Shown: positions 1 to 11,806, counted from the first letter of the whole stretch. The stretch: DNA of 56,971 bases, filler included, from Sphacelaria rigidula (GCA_964200075.2; 5 parts of 5 records of this genome joined end to end with filler, not necessarily neighbours in it); one strand, 5' to 3'. The notes: generated from the sequence alone by a model not told the origin. Translations and numbers: made by a program.

Positions 1-671
1 GGGGTTGTCTTTTCCTTTTTTTTTTTTTTTTTTGGGGGCCTTTTGTCCAATTTTTTTTTTTTTCCCCCCCCCCCCCCCCCCCCCCCCCGCTTGAGCTAAA
101 AAAACCGAATTAAGAGTAACTTTTTGCGCGCAAATGGAACTAAAGCCTGAATAAGCCACGCATCTTCAATCTGACGGCCCGGCTTCACGTAGCCCATGAG
201 ATGGTGCGTATCTTGTACGAATGCAACTTTCACCGGTAACTTCCGAGTCGATGAACCTGACGACCCGGCGGAAGCCAATGTCCATCTTGGTTCCCTGCCT
301 GTCCTTATTTCTCAATTGCTTCCGTTGAGGACGGCGGGTTGGTCGGGGGACTTCTTTGAGGGGCCGAGTCGACACCCCAGTCCTCTTTGGCGACGTGTGC
401 GATCTGAGCGCTCTTTTTCGCGATTTGTGCTACGACCTGAACGCATCGGGCCGTCAACTTTTCGGAGCACATGCCGCGCTCAGCGAAAAACTCTGAAAAT
501 CACTCATCTCTGCAGATTTCGAGGGCGAGCTTGGGAAGCACCTGAAAAGAATTCCAACCCCGTCATGTGTCAGCGGCGTGGAGGTGTATGCAGCGTCCAT
601 GGGGAAAGCGTCGCTAGAACTCACGACTTCTCCATGTTGAGGACCTATATTCTGTAGTGACGTGTATCCAA

Positions 672-1029
672 ACCGGTCGCCCCGGTGGCTTAGTTGGTAG
701 TCTCGAAACCCTCTGACGGTTGGGTCGCGGGTTCAATTCTCGGAGCGATCTGGGATTTTTTCTCACACCAAGCCTAGCAGAGAAGCGCGACTATGTCGTG
801 GGTACACACAACTCGACTTAACAGTCGACGAGGAAAATGGACTGCTGGACCCCTCTCGCGATTAACAATGAAAGCGAGCACCGCAGAAAGAAGGTCAGTT
901 ACCAAAAACAAATAAAATAAGAAGAAAAAGCTCCTGTGTTGACCATCTCCGGGTGACCCCGGCTGTTGCGTCCATATATACCGAAAGGTGTAGGCTGGCG
1001 TCCAGAATAGATGGGACGACAACACACAC
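672..1029 (+). mobile_element. tRNA-derived SINE, family 1, full-length copy
   Basis: Head carries an A box (TGGCTTAGTTGG) and a B box (GGTTCAATTCT). The body is shared with copies at 6308-6659 and 27983-28192. It ends in a GACAACACACAC tail and is flanked by ATCCAA (666-671 and 1030-1035), a likely target-site duplication. Confidence 0.8.
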
Positions 1030-2223
1030 ATCCAAGGAAGTGAATAAAAGGGATCTATATTCGGTAAAATATCGTCGGACAGCTCGGACACTCTTCGGGG
1101 CCCAACACCCCGCCCACCCACCCATCCCATTATTGGCGTCCCTAACGGTGAGGCTTCCTTTCCTTTTTTTAGTGGTCACGGTTACCCGTGCGGTTGAAAG
1201 TCCTCATCTGCTCATCCTCAACAACTATGGTTAACGTCGGACTCCTTTTTTGTTTTGCGCCATTACGTTCAAACCTCCACCTGTTCAAGACCCGTCGCGC
1301 TGATACGATCGGCACTGCTGCCACGCGCGTTAGCCGTGGCTTACCACTAGTAGCATATTATTTGGCTTTTTTGTCTTCGTTTTTTTGTTATTTCTACGTC
1401 TAATACGTTGGACTCTTTTTCCTTGTTGCTGTCGGGTGTTTGCATGATTTTTTGTTTTGTTTTTTACACTCTTGGTCCTGACCATCAGCTGGATTGTTGC
1501 AATCAGCTGACAGAGTGAGACACCCAACCCATGGATCGATCATGAGTACTGCGTGGCGATTTTCGTGGTTGCTGACGTGGATGCAGAGACTGAAGCACTT
1601 CGGAAATAGAGCAGTAGTAGTGTGCAGTGCAAAGTTAAGATTCAATGGTTCGACTTTCATTTCGAGGTAGTAGCACCGTACTTTGTGGCACTAAGGTATC
1701 GCGGTACTACGTGAGATCAGGTGCAGTAGTACGTAAGAGCAGGGTTTGCCTCTACATGTAGTTATATATATATATATATATATATTTCAAAGCACCCGGC
1801 AATGGCGCAGTATTGACGGTTTATGTATATATTTTCAAGGTTATTTAATTGATATTTTGGCACCTTGTTGTCTATTTTTTATGCCTCCTGCGGCCGCTCA
1901 CCTTTTTTGGTTGCTTTTCCTCCTTTTCGTTTTTTCCTTCTCTCTGCTTGTTTGCACGTGGAATATTATTGTGTATGGTGCTCATCTTCGACATGAATGA
2001 TGAAACAATGTATAGCACGATAACGAGGGTATAATGTTTTTACCCATTTAAAAAAAACAGCACACCACATAATAATACGTTCATTCGAATTGATCCAAAC
2101 ATGAAAATCAGCAGAAATCTGGGTATATTTTTCTTGTGAAAACAAGACGTACCTGCTCCGACAACCTCTGGCCATTGCGTAAGTTGGAACCAGCTGCTGC
2201 ACCGTGGGGAATGCATCGCGTCC

Positions 2224-3403
2224 GGTACTCACCGGGTATATTCCTGATATATACCATAGTATCCCGTACAATGGTATGCGTCGGTACCGTAGGTATGAGT
2301 TTTTGAAATACCCCATTTGGCGGGTACGGTAGGTTTTGAAATCTCGAAATATCGTGGTATCGTGGGTGCCGTACCTACAACATTTGAAAATAACCGATTG
2401 GACCAGTATCGGTAGGGTATGAGATGTCCCAAATACCGGTACCGCGTACTTGAACAGCCTCTGCTCTACAAATTCCATATATTTTGTAACAAATATAGGA
2501 TTCCCACAGCACTCGTGCCTTCAGAAACAATCCGGAGGACTTTTTCTTTCTTATAAAAAATCCTCGAGGGGGACCCCGATGTTGAAAACCCTCTCAAAGA
2601 TCGCGAATGTCCAAGATCCTCTAGTGGGGAGTTTCAAGACGGACAGCATGCTGGGACATGTTCGAAAACCCACTGTAGTGAAGAATTTTCGAGGCTAGCC
2701 GAATGGCCCCGTGTCAGTCCCCCTTTTTGACGAGGTAATCTAATGCCCCGGGTTTGAAAACTTTCCGTCGGCTATTTCATTTTCCGATCGGACAAAACGG
2801 GGGGGGGGAAACGAAGCAGCTTCTTTGTAAACATGTTGAGATTGGCCATATTCCGCCTCAACTTGTCACAAAACGCCGCAGCGCCCAATACTATAATCAC
2901 CCCGGAGAGCAAGATCACATGTGCAATGTAGTACAGTCATCATGTGTGCAGTACGGGGCTGCGAGGGCGCTACGCAGGCACGAGTGCTGATATCGGGCGG
3001 TGATCACTTTCCGATCAGAAATGAATACGTACACCGTCATGGGATACTTAGAAAGTTGTGTTCTGTGGGGTGCGGATATGTTTGGGAATGTATGATGCTT
3101 CTTACAGAACCTACAGAACTGTCGGGTACCGATATAGAAGTCTCGGGACTTACAGAACCTGTCGGGTACGGTAGGGAGGTTGCACTGTAACCCTTACCCG
3201 CAACTGAGTGTTTTCTACAAGGGGATAGCCGTGCTCCGGATAAGGGGGAACATCTTGTATGGATCTTACAGAACTGTCGGGTATCGATCTGGAATTCTTA
3301 CAGAACCTACAGAACATTCGGATACCGGTATGACAGGCTTCCAGAAGTCACAGAACTGTTGGGTGCGGGTATTGCAATACTCCGCTAAATACCCAGGGAA
3401 TAC
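2224..3403. mobile_element. Putative non-autonomous DNA transposon with GGTAC / ACAGAAC subterminal repeats
   Basis: GGTAC/GTACC-rich left part. The right part (3103-3370) has repeated TTACAGAACCTACAGAAC...CGGGTA units. Only a weak inverted match between the ends (GTACTCACCGGGTAT vs reverse complement GTATTCCCTGGGTAT), so boundaries are approximate. Confidence 0.4.
2507..2989. mobile_element. MITE with perfect 14-bp terminal inverted repeats
   Basis: CAGCACTCGTGCCT at 2507-2520 and AGGCACGAGTGCTG at 2976-2989, with no convincing coding content inside. No clear target-site duplication. Confidence 0.65.
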
Positions 3404-4816
3404 AAAAAATCGTGCCCTCCGGAACACAGCCTGGGAAACGTGCGCGGTTAACCTTCCATTGATGTATACGGGCTGGTTCACGGCTTGACCCAGAACTTAT
3501 CAGCAAGTGCCTTTCGCAATACCTACTCAATGATCGCACGCATGGCAACATGGTGACCGCCATGGGCAGCTCAAGAGGGTGACATAGCCGCATACCTGTT
3601 TGAGGTCATAGCTGTGGCACTGAGAAAAAAACGGTACCTCGACCAATCAGCGCCTCGAAATCGCTCTAAAAATAGGAATATGAATTTCCAATGCACTGTT
3701 TACCCGATCCCCACATGCCTCGAATCGTATCAACCACCATCAGCTCGGGAAAATAACGGGGGGGGGGGGAAATGAAGTCAGTCACTCTGGTATCGAAATA
3801 TACCCGAAGCCGTGGTACTTCGGTGATTCAGGACTTTTGTGTCGTCTGGTTTCCTCTGATATGCAACGAAGGCCAAGAAAGCATTCCGACTGTTTCCGTT
3901 GTACCTCTCGTAGAAAAGCTCCAATCGCTCTGAAACTCTACAGTTCGGTAGGTATTGATGCTCCAAATTAAAACAAATTTGTTGTTAAAAATGTTTCTAA
4001 CATTCGCTGTCTGTTGCCAACTTCTGGAGGTCTTTCCGCCGAGACCCCGAGAAGCGGGTAAATAGTTTTATGAAATATTTACACATATTCACATCCCAAG
4101 ATGGTCCAAGGAACATTCGTGGAAGGGATCGTTGCGTAGCTCGAACAAGTAACGCAATGGGGTTGTTTCAACGCTAAACTTACCCGAATGGTCGTTTCGG
4201 TACTAAGTCATATTGTGAGGGTTTTGTACTCTTCAAGCTCATTTCACCGCACACAGGAGCGAATGCTCACGCCGATTCAGAGAGTTAGACTCTGAAAAAT
4301 TGCATACGTCTGCCATGAGGCAGTTCAAACTTTCGAAAAACGATGGTTTTGTTTTCATTTCGCCGGCTTTCGGGGGCCCCAGAAAGGCATGTGGAGGGCT
4401 CATGACCCCCCAGGAATCTGGGACCCTTGATAACTGGAAAATGGAAAATCAAGCAACGAACTTCTTCGAATTCTTGGCAATGCTCTGTAGTATGTGTGTG
4501 CAATTTTTCAGAGTCCAACTCCTAGTATGGGTGTGGGCATTTGCGGGTGAACGAATTTCGGGACATGAGCGTGAACTAGCCGTTACAAATATTCCAGAGA
4601 CGGTCACGGAAAATGTTCGGAATTTGTTTTTAAAGTGAGCTGAACTTTTTCATCGTTCAAGACGAACATTCCGCTGTGTTTCTAAAAAACAAAAACCACC
4701 ACCCACTTCACGTTTTACATGGTTGGAGTCGCCCGGTGATTGAACTTGCAAAGTAGCATCTGTTCGCATTCATGAAGTATCCCGCTCATGTCGTACTCGG
4801 ATATGCTGGGTCACAG

Positions 4817-4969
4817 ACACGAGCTCAACGGGTCGGGTGCTGACATACGGTATCATCGTAGCGGTGCCATCGGGCATGGGCATCGCCCTGTCGCTGCTGA
4901 ACCAGAATGTGAGCGGCCTCGTTGGAGTGGCTATCAGCGCGTCCCTAACTCCTCCGGCCGTGGGCGCGG
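4817..4969 (+). CDS. DUF389-family membrane protein, internal exon
   Basis: A frame absent from the ORF track reads ...GRVLTYGIIVAVPSGMGIALSLLNQNVSGLVGVAISASLTPPAVGA(G). LVGVAISASLxPPAV is the DUF389 signature. Donor GTGAGT at 4970. The acceptor CACAG ending at 4816 is tentative. Confidence 0.75.
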
Positions 4970-5310
4970 GTGAGTGAGGGCGGCAAAGCTCACGTGTGTG
5001 AGTGTGCACGCCAGGTGTGTTGCCGTGCACACATATGAGGTGTATATGTAACCCTTCTGGATCGCGAAGCGCGAAGCGAGCGTGGTAGATTTGATGAAGT
5101 CGATATGGTGTTTCAGTCGATAGACGAAAGGATGGAGTCCATTGGCCGTACGTGACCCTGGTGCTGCCGCTCGCGATCCTTTTGGAGTCTTGAACGATCG
5201 CAGTTGTTTGTTCATGGTGTTCATCGATCGGTCTAACGCAACCGATTGGTTCGTTTTCACACTTTCCTTTTTATTCCTGCCGCGAAATGTGATGTGTTCT
5301 TGTATGCCAG

Positions 5311-5384
5311 GCATGTATTGGGCTTACGCGCTTCTGGGAAACTCGATATGTGATTTTTACGTCGACAGCCAGGAGATGGCGCGG
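5311..5384 (+). CDS. DUF389-family membrane protein, next exon (GMYWAYALLGNSICDFYVDSQEMAR)
   Basis: CCAG acceptor ending at 5310 and GTAAGT donor at 5385. The phase-1 junction G|GC joins in frame with the previous exon and continues the hydrophobic helix. Confidence 0.7.
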
Positions 5385-5647
5385 GTAAGTATGCATGACA
5401 TAGGCAGAGTTTATGAGATATGTCAGGGGTATCTCATTGTCTAGTTATGCTGGTGTAATACATTGCTTCAAAAATGCCAATCATTATTGTTCATGTCACT
5501 ACGAGCTGGGCCAGCCTAAAAACGGATTTAAACTCCAACAGCAGTATCTCATCGATACGGACGAGTCGGGCCGTGATCCGCATAGCGTATTAATTGTCTA
5601 GTTAAGGAGAAGTTGCCCATCTGCTCAAATTTTGGGCCCATATTTTC

Positions 5648-8518
5648 CAGGGATATACACGTTACACGTTCACGTTCACGTTACGTTCAGTACGTAAGAA
5701 GAATTTAACGTTCACGTTACGTGACGTATGTCGTGTAAAAAACATTTAACATGATGTTAACGTTTCATTTGAAAAGTGATCGTTACGTTCACGTAACGTT
5801 CATCACGTAAAAAAGTTAACGTTACGTGGCGTTACACGTAACATAATATGAAACGTTTCATGTAACGTGTAATGTCTAGTATAACGTTACGTTTACACGT
5901 GTAACGTTCAAATGTAACCTTTCATTCCGTGCATGTCGCGGCTCATTCACCAGTGTTCAAGGCGTCGTAACGTGTCGTGTAACGTGTGACGTCACCGTGT
6001 ACGTGACGCTGACCGTGGCCCGTCGTATGTTAGAGCGTAGGCGCATCATCTGATTGTGTAACGTTACTTTCTCTACCGTGTATCGTTCATTCGTTTTTTG
6101 ACCGTATTATTTTCATCTCTCCTCTTTTCGTTTCATCGTTTTGTTGCCAACCTTCAGTTTTCAATTTTCGAATGCTCGGTCATTCGCACGACAGCATATA
6201 CTGTACACACAAGAGTTCGTGAATATGATTGGACGCCGGCTTGCCTCGTCCTGGCATTTCGCAGACAGAACTATATCGGGTATCCTTTTTTCTATATATG
6301 TATACATCCGGTCGCTCAGTTGGTAACCTCGAAACCTTCTGACGGTTGGTTCGTGGGTTCAAATCTTGGAGCGACCCAGGATTTCTCCTCACACCATGCC
6401 CAACAGTTGAGGGTGACTATGTCGTGGGTACACAAAATTCGAGTCAACGGTCGACGAGGCAAATAGGGAGTGCTGAACCCCTCTCGCGATGAAAAATAAT
6501 GCCAAGCACCGCAGAGGGAAGGTGGAGTACTAAAAAAAAACAAAAAGAAGAAACTCCGGTGTTGACCTTTCTACTGTGTGACCCCAGCTGGCGCGCCCAC
6601 ATATACCCAAAGGTGTAGACCGGCGTCCACAACAGACGGAACGACAAACACCACACACCTACACATGTAGTAATGGACAAACAAGATAGTTCATCACGGC
6701 CGGCAGAGGCAGGCGTACGTATGTTTGCACACATGCATAGCAGGTTTACAACGCGGTCCAGGCAATCCGATCCTTCAGGCGTCATCGAAGATGATGAACG
6801 CTCGCAGAAAACCAGAAAATAAACAGCATCTAGGCCCCACTATATGTGTGAGAGTCTAGGCTGGACGTTTGCCGGTCCGAAAAGATCGACATGTCAAGGA
6901 TCAGCCTATCTCACGCGACCGCTGCGTTCTGCCACGGACCCTGCCCCTCGTACCCGACAAGTGGGCAACATCCCCGTACAGACAGCAGTAATGCTAGCGG
7001 ATACAAGATCGTGACAGTCTGGTAGCCGGCAAGGTAGTTATGGTAGTGTCCTTGTAGCGATATCAAGTTACAGTGCACTGCTGCAGAGTTCACGGGTAAG
7101 TATTTTGGCGATTGCCTTACCTGCAGTTCGCCCAGATATAGTGGATTCTCCCATCATCTCAACGCACCAGATTATACGTGAAAATGTATTAGATCCTGCA
7201 TTTTATGTTGAAATGTCCCAGACCCTGGACGAAGAATCTACAGTCAGTACAAACACTGTGTTGAAAGTATACTGCGCACAGTATAAAATATAGTGCCGAC
7301 TATAATTTGTGTAATACTCGTACAGTACCTCAAGTCGGTGACTGCAACGCTACACTTCGAGACAACAGTGTGTAAAACTCTCCAGGGAATAAAATGCTAC
7401 GGGAGGCTTTCGCGCCATAGCGGCTGTGTTATTATACAGCTTCGCCCAAGATACAGGCAGCCATGACAGCAGCAGAGGCGGCCTTGCACTCCTGCGTGCG
7501 CAACCTGAGGCAAACGCACGCTGTAGCTGCAACACGGAGAGCTTTACAAAATGTGTCGTCGCGATATAGGGCATAGCTTGGGCAAAGCGAAGGGTGATAT
7601 CCCGCGTACACCTTGACTGCAGATGCAAGCGGTTGCATGGATGATGTGGCGAACTGCATGGGACAGCGAGAAATCAACGCAGCACAGGGATAGGCTAAGA
7701 ATGTGATATTCTGTGGTGTGCGTTGTCACCCTGCACCCTTCCCCTGTGCAGTGAGCAGATAGTACCATCGAAGGCGTAGCGCCACGGTTGGTACGCAGTG
7801 TCAAACACATGGCAGCAAGCAGCATATTTCATGTGCAACAGACAAGGATGTGTGTTTCAAGACCGATGCGCACAGAGTGGGATCCGTATCTAGAGAACCC
7901 TGCACCAACTCGCCCTGTTCTAGCAGATACAGAAATCTGTTCAGCAAAAACCGCTTGCGACATGTGCTGTAACGAATCTCATGCGTCATGCAGCTTTCTC
8001 CCATGTGCGGCATCGCCCGTTGAGTGAGCTGTTGAAGCTAACAGTGCCCAACCCTCTTCCCGTGATGACCTCTCGTCTGAGCTTGAGATGATTGTAATTG
8101 CGGAACATGACTTCAAATAGTAAAACGTACACCTCACCGTGATATAAGGTTCCATTTTAACGTAATAACACTGTGAAGTAAAATCTTCAAAGTTCATCGC
8201 GAGCTTTACGTGTTACCGCTTCATGTAACGTAATATGAAACGTTTCATGTAACGTGTAACGTCTATTACACGTTGCACGCTACATGGAACGTTTCATATT
8301 ACGTGTTTTGAACGTTGGGCAATTCAACGTTCATGTTACGTTACGCACGTCTCGTGAAAAAGTAAAACGTTGAGTACATGTTTCATTTGAAAATTCAACG
8401 TTATGTTCACGTTACGTTCATCACGTGAAAACAAATTGACCTTCACGTTACGTTTCGGCCAAAACGTAACGTGAACGTAACGTGTGACGCTATGGGACGT
8501 GTAACGTGTATGCCCGTG
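5648..8518 (-). mobile_element. hAT-type element with ACGT-rich subterminal arrays and a decayed interior
   Basis: TIRs CAGGGATATACACGTTACACGT and reverse complement CACGGGCATACACGTTACACGT. Imperfect 8-bp TSD ATATTTTC (5640-5647) / ATATTCCC (8519-8526). Inverted AACGT/CACGT arrays at about 5650-5930 and 8200-8518. Strand assigned only from faint transposase-like remnants. Confidence 0.75.
6308..6659 (+). mobile_element. tRNA-derived SINE, family 1, copy inside the hAT element
   Basis: Colinear with 672-1029 (CTCAGTTGGTAACCTCGAAACC...GGTTCAAATC...AAGGTGTAGACCGGCGTCCA...CACACACC), with a short deletion in the head. Confidence 0.8.
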
Positions 8519-9281
8519 ATATTCCCGTCGAATAAACCCCATGTCTAGTAATTCCTGTACTTAACGGAGATGGTGTCCATACTAAAATCTCTATGAAACC
8601 CCCGATCGATGCATTCAGCGGATGGCGAATTTTGGTGTGGACATTCCCTGCAGCACGGAGAGACGATAGATACCCTCACCTTCACTCGTCATATATCTCG
8701 AGATATGGCGAGCATGAGTTTACATCCTAAAATCAGTACATCACGAGCAGATGCACTAGATGAACTAAACCCGGATATTGCGTCTCAGTTTTAAAGAATT
8801 ATGCTATAAAGTTTCGTACGGAGAACGCTAGTGCATAATAAAGCTTGTAAACACAGCTTTTTCAATTTTTCGTTTTTTTCATTTTTTTCCCATTTTTTTT
8901 CGTGTTTCCAGTGGAGTTTTGAGGAGAAATTAACATCGCTCTTGGGCCTTATCTCAATATATCAGCTCAATTTTTAGAAATGTGATTTGGAACTTAGTGT
9001 GGAGAACCACGAAGGTGTGCCGAATAAAAAAAAATGAGCCTTTTTTTTTTCCATAGAGGTTAAGGCGTTCTCGTGAAGAAATGATCGTTACCATACTAGA
9101 ACGCCCTAAACCAGTGAAAGAAAAATTGAGGAAAAACTGACCCACTGATTTTTGTCAACTATGTCTTGGAGAGCGCCCACACAAAATTTTAATACACGAG
9201 AACCAAACGTTGGCCGGTGAGTGGCCTGCAAAATACTGCTCCGAATTTCTACCGACCCCGTTTTAAAAAGGATCACGCTTT

Positions 9282-9515
9282 GGCCAATATTTAGAGTTGG
9301 AGCGTAAAATGTCGAATGGACAATGCATAGAGCATAAAAAAAAATTACGTCGGTACCATGTTTTTTCTTCATGAGTTAAAGGCAATAATCACTTTTCAGG
9401 TATTAGGAAAATGCCCTCAACTCATGAAGAAAAAACTTTTTGGTACCGACGTTTTTTTTTCATGCCCCATGTATTGTCCATACTAAATCCCACGCTCCAA
9501 CTCTAAATATTGGCC
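9282..9515. repeat. Long imperfect inverted repeat (about 100-bp arms)
   Basis: GGCCAATATTTAGAGTTGGAGCGT...ACGTCGGTACCA...TTCTTCATGAGTT pairs with AACTCATGAAGAA...TGGTACCGACGT...ACGCTCCAACTCTAAATATTGGCC. Confidence 0.85.
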
Positions 9516-11045
9516 GGGCCTGCAAACTTTAAATCCGCCTCTAGGCTTGCCCAGCTCGTTTTGAATTTGTGTCTTGACTTACTTGGTATCAGACCAAGCC
9601 GTTCGCGCTGATGTACTCCGGATACGTATCGATACCCTACAGTGCACTTTTACATATTCAGATCTTTTTAGCGAGTAGATTATACATCATTGGCAAAAGA
9701 GAATGCTGTTATAGTAAGTGGTTGAGTTCCGAAAGAAATTCAAGCGCAACAAGGAATATGACAGCGAGGTAATCACAGAGTTGGTATTAGTCATGTAGGA
9801 TGCCGGGATGTATAGTACCTGTCGGGGAAAAAGCCACACGTCACACAGTAGCTCCGCACTGACACTTGCGGAGCACCTCATAACTCACTGCGGACACGAC
9901 GTTTTGAATTTAATTAGAACGGGTCAGTAGCCAGCTTCTTGTACTTGATCCGAATAGTACGCTTGTTGCGCCCGGGCTCTTGCATACAATCTTTTCCCAA
10001 GCGGGTTGTCTGGTGCAGAATTGGCGAGCGTCGTGGTTATCGCAGGCGGATTTGGGCAGTGATCGCTTCCTGCCCATTCGCAAGGTGTCTGCTCGGCTTG
10101 ATCCGAAGGCAGTCGCTCAGGTCATTTGAATGTTGGAGTAGCGTAGGGATCCGGAGTCTGTCTCACCACCACGAAAGTATAGCTCGACCACCCCGTGCGC
10201 CTAGATGTGAATGTCCGCACGCATGTTTGCCCATGTGGATACTAATCGGCAACAACGCTTTGAGTCCGAGGGGGTGATGGAATGCCAATGGGAGGTACAC
10301 AATTCCGCAAGATGCACGCACCGTGTAGGCATCGCGGTCACGCTCGACACTCAGTGTCCTCGGGAGCACTGTGTACATCTGGAAACAAGCGATGTGACTC
10401 CACCCCGCTGTGGAAGGGAAGTCAGGAATCGTCCGGTCAGTATTGCTCAAATCGCACCATGGGATTCTGATCGAGTGGAAGAAATATTTCGTTGAAACAC
10501 AAGTAGCTGTCGCGCGATACAGTTTATGCAAGAATGAAAGACCTTACTGGTCATGGGGTGAACAGCTGTGGGCTGCCGCATGGTCGTGTTTAAAGTCATC
10601 ATTAACCTCAAGGAACATGCCAAGAGCTTAAGCGGTGTGATGCGTCTGTGATGGAGCCTAGATGCCCCTTGTATTCACCATGAGAGTCCTACATGAACAA
10701 CAACATTTGCGCCGGATGGAGAGTCTAGCTTCCGATTAAGAGTGAGCATTTTGTTGGGAACACGTTTCTTTGTGTTCCTATTAGTGATTGGATCACTGAC
10801 GAGTAGTAATAGGGAACGGTTCGTTTCGTTACACCCACAAAAATGAGAGGGGAAAGAAGCATGAATATATAGCATGCAAACATTATTCTTTTCAACGGGC
10901 TGGCATTCGTTGAGCAGGGTATGATCACAAGTCGATTTATAACGCCATGCTTCCCACAACTGTTCCTCCCGATCAATACGTTGAAGGCGAGTGTAGAATA
11001 TGGAAGCTCCTCTAGGAAGTCTATCAGGGATATGGACATGTATCT

Positions 11046-11262
11046 AGGCGTCCCGGTGGTGTAATAGTCCGACTGTCGCAATTAGGGTGGATAGACTGAG
11101 GATTCCATTTCCGATGTGTTGTGGTTTTTCTTTGTAGTATCTGATTTCCAGCGTCGAAAGCGTGAGAACGTGAGTAAACGAAGTAGTTGATCGAGTTTGA
11201 CGAGAGCTGACGCGGTGCGGGGGTGATGACCCAATCCGCGAGACCAAAATGCAAGGCGTGTT
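11046..11262 (+). mobile_element. tRNA-derived SINE, family 2
   Basis: Head GCGTCCCGGTGGTGTAATAG. Body CTGACGCGGTGCGGG...GACCCAATCCG...ACCAAAA.GCAAGGCGTGT is shared with 47041-47338. Confidence 0.65.
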
Positions 11263-11316
11263 GTTGTTATTGTTGTCTTCACATGAAAAAACCGTTCCGA
11301 TATCTGCGCGGTACAT

Positions 11317-11416
11317 NNNNNNNNNNNNNNNNNNNNNNNNNNNNNNNNNNNNNNNNNNNNTTAATTAATTAANNNNNNNNNNNNNNNNNNNNNNNNNNNN
11401 NNNNNNNNNNNNNNNN
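11317..11416. other. Artificial contig spacer N44-TTAATTAATTAA-N44
   Basis: 100-nt spacer with stop codons in all six frames, identical at four positions. Confidence 0.98.
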
Positions 11417-11806
11417 AGAATTCCTAGTTCAGGTATACCTCGGCGAAATGTGGCCTACAAAAGGTGAGCGGTTTCTGGAGGCGAACTGTTCGTTTTCGCG
11501 TGCCCATATCTCTCGAGTAAAATGTTTTTCATCCGTTTTTTGTTTCGAGTCCCGGGTGCCAATGGCCCTTACGAACGATGTGCGTGCGTGAGAACTCCGG
11601 AGCGAAAACTGTCAAAATAGCGTGTTTGGCTGTTCTCGCGTTTCTGGCCATTTTTCGTACCTTTCCTAGGCAAAAAACGAGAAGGTATACCTTATCTAGG
11701 CCATTGCCCTACAAATATTGTGTCAAAATTTCAGCCCCCAACGCTTCGGATTACCAACCGCCCGGCCCGGATACATTCGCAAATCACTGTCAGCTGGTCC
11801 AGTTCG
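11417..11806. mobile_element. End of a mariner-type element (CGAGCTGGGC TIR family), cut by the contig edge
   Basis: AATCACTGTCAGCTGGTCCAGTTCG|TA matches the reverse complement of TA|CGAGCTGGGCAAGCTGACAGTGATT at 41186. Confidence 0.6.

Larger units (their letters stand above)
5502..9558. mobile_element. Tc1/mariner-type non-autonomous element (CGAGCTGGGC TIR family), interrupted by a nested hAT element
   Basis: TA|CGAGCTGGGCCAGCCT at the left end and AGGCTTGCCCAGCTCG at the right end. Segments 5502-5647 plus 8527-9250 align with the reverse complement of the uninterrupted 19070-19924. Confidence 0.8.

Noticed and set aside
1..88. Poly-T and poly-C runs (also poly-C at 45665-45688)
   Set aside because: Both sit at contig starts, so they are most likely low-quality ends or sequencing artefacts.
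675..750. Possible tRNA gene (also at 6308 and 47041)
   Set aside because: A/B boxes are present, but I could not fold a proper cloverleaf, and each head runs into a repeated SINE body.
2147..2178. Possible upstream micro-exon of the DUF389 gene (TCSDNLWPL before GTAAGT)
   Set aside because: The phase could fit, but it is too short and has no recognisable family motif.
3103..3370. CRISPR-like repeat-spacer pattern (ACAGAAC units; also the 36685-36876 array)
   Set aside because: Repeats are degenerate, the intervening sequences are related to each other or irregular, there are no cas genes, and the context is eukaryotic.
11361..11372. TTAATTAATTAA as a biological palindrome or recombination site
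   Set aside because: Embedded in fixed-length N runs four times. It is an artificial six-frame stop linker.
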